64,000 nt of DNA from Phoronis australis (lineage: Eukaryota > Animalia > Phoronida), in the NCBI GenBank assembly GCA_002633005.1, contig NMRA01000018.1:769131-833130 (forward strand). Reading direction: 5' to 3'. The position numbers and the translations under genes were made by a program. How positions within the stretch are numbered: position 1 is the stretch's first letter; each line of letters begins with the position of its first letter. Below, one piece after another: positions 63,451 through 64,000 of the stretch. The notes under the pieces are model-generated. The model saw only the letters and a program-made list of their open reading frames with translations, searched no databases and was not told where the DNA came from.

Positions 63451-64000
63451 AGGAGCATGCCACCCAAAAAACAACCTAATTTGTATCAGTTTAGATCGAG
63501 TAGTTCTACTCCATAACGACAAGTGTGGTTGCGTTACCTGACACCTGACGGCAGTCGGAAGTGTTGAAATTATCCAATTACGTCATCGGTTTCACACGCA
63601 TTCTGTTCAGGAGTTCACAACACGGGTTACTGGTGTCAGCTTATCATTTGGAATCATCGTTTAGCATCAATAAATCATCAAACTTCGATGTAAAACCCTT
63701 AAAAATACACCGAGTTCTTACAAAAACGTGTTGTTTTATTTCGCTCTTACGGATTTATTGGTAGTTGGACACACCGTAGCCTACAAAGTTCGGGAGGCCA
63801 ATAAGGTCCGTAGCAGGAGTTTGAGGTGTGTTCGGAGATAATTTCGAAGTATTTTCCGTGAGATACAGACAGGAGAACCTAGATCTGTGTTGTTTAGACT
63901 TGCGATTTTCTGAGTTCTAAACACAAAACGCTTGTTATCCTGGCCAGTGGCTCGGAGCCCGATCAGGCCCGTCGCGGCCGGTCCGGATTGACTAGTTATC
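63451..64000 (+). mobile_element. Third Kolobok-type copy, running off the window
   Basis: TTAA|AGGAGCATGCCACCC; closely matches 35059 onward. Confidence 0.8.

Overview
AT-rich, gene-poor animal (marine invertebrate-like) nuclear DNA, mostly nested transposon relics, with a 526-base N gap at 60998-61523. The one convincing intact gene is on the minus strand. It has a large DUF229 (alkaline-phosphatase/sulfatase superfamily) exon at 29024-30864. By splice sites and intron phase this can be joined to an ShKT (ShK toxin-like) exon at 49851-50036 and a signal-anchor exon at 55394-55470, predicting a TM-ShKT-DUF229 type II membrane enzyme. The DUF229 exon lies inside a decayed Ty3/Gypsy pol, between protease and RNase H/integrase remnants where the RT should be, which suggests LTR-mediated capture followed by exonization. 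Other content: a CR1-like LINE with a 2A ribosome-skipping motif, a Helentron/HINE-like satellite-bearing family, a multi-layer transposon nest, Kolobok-, ISL2EU-, hAT-, Transib-, EnSpm- and P-like DNA elements, a solo LTR and a probable GPCR pseudogene. All calls are by eye; no database search was run.
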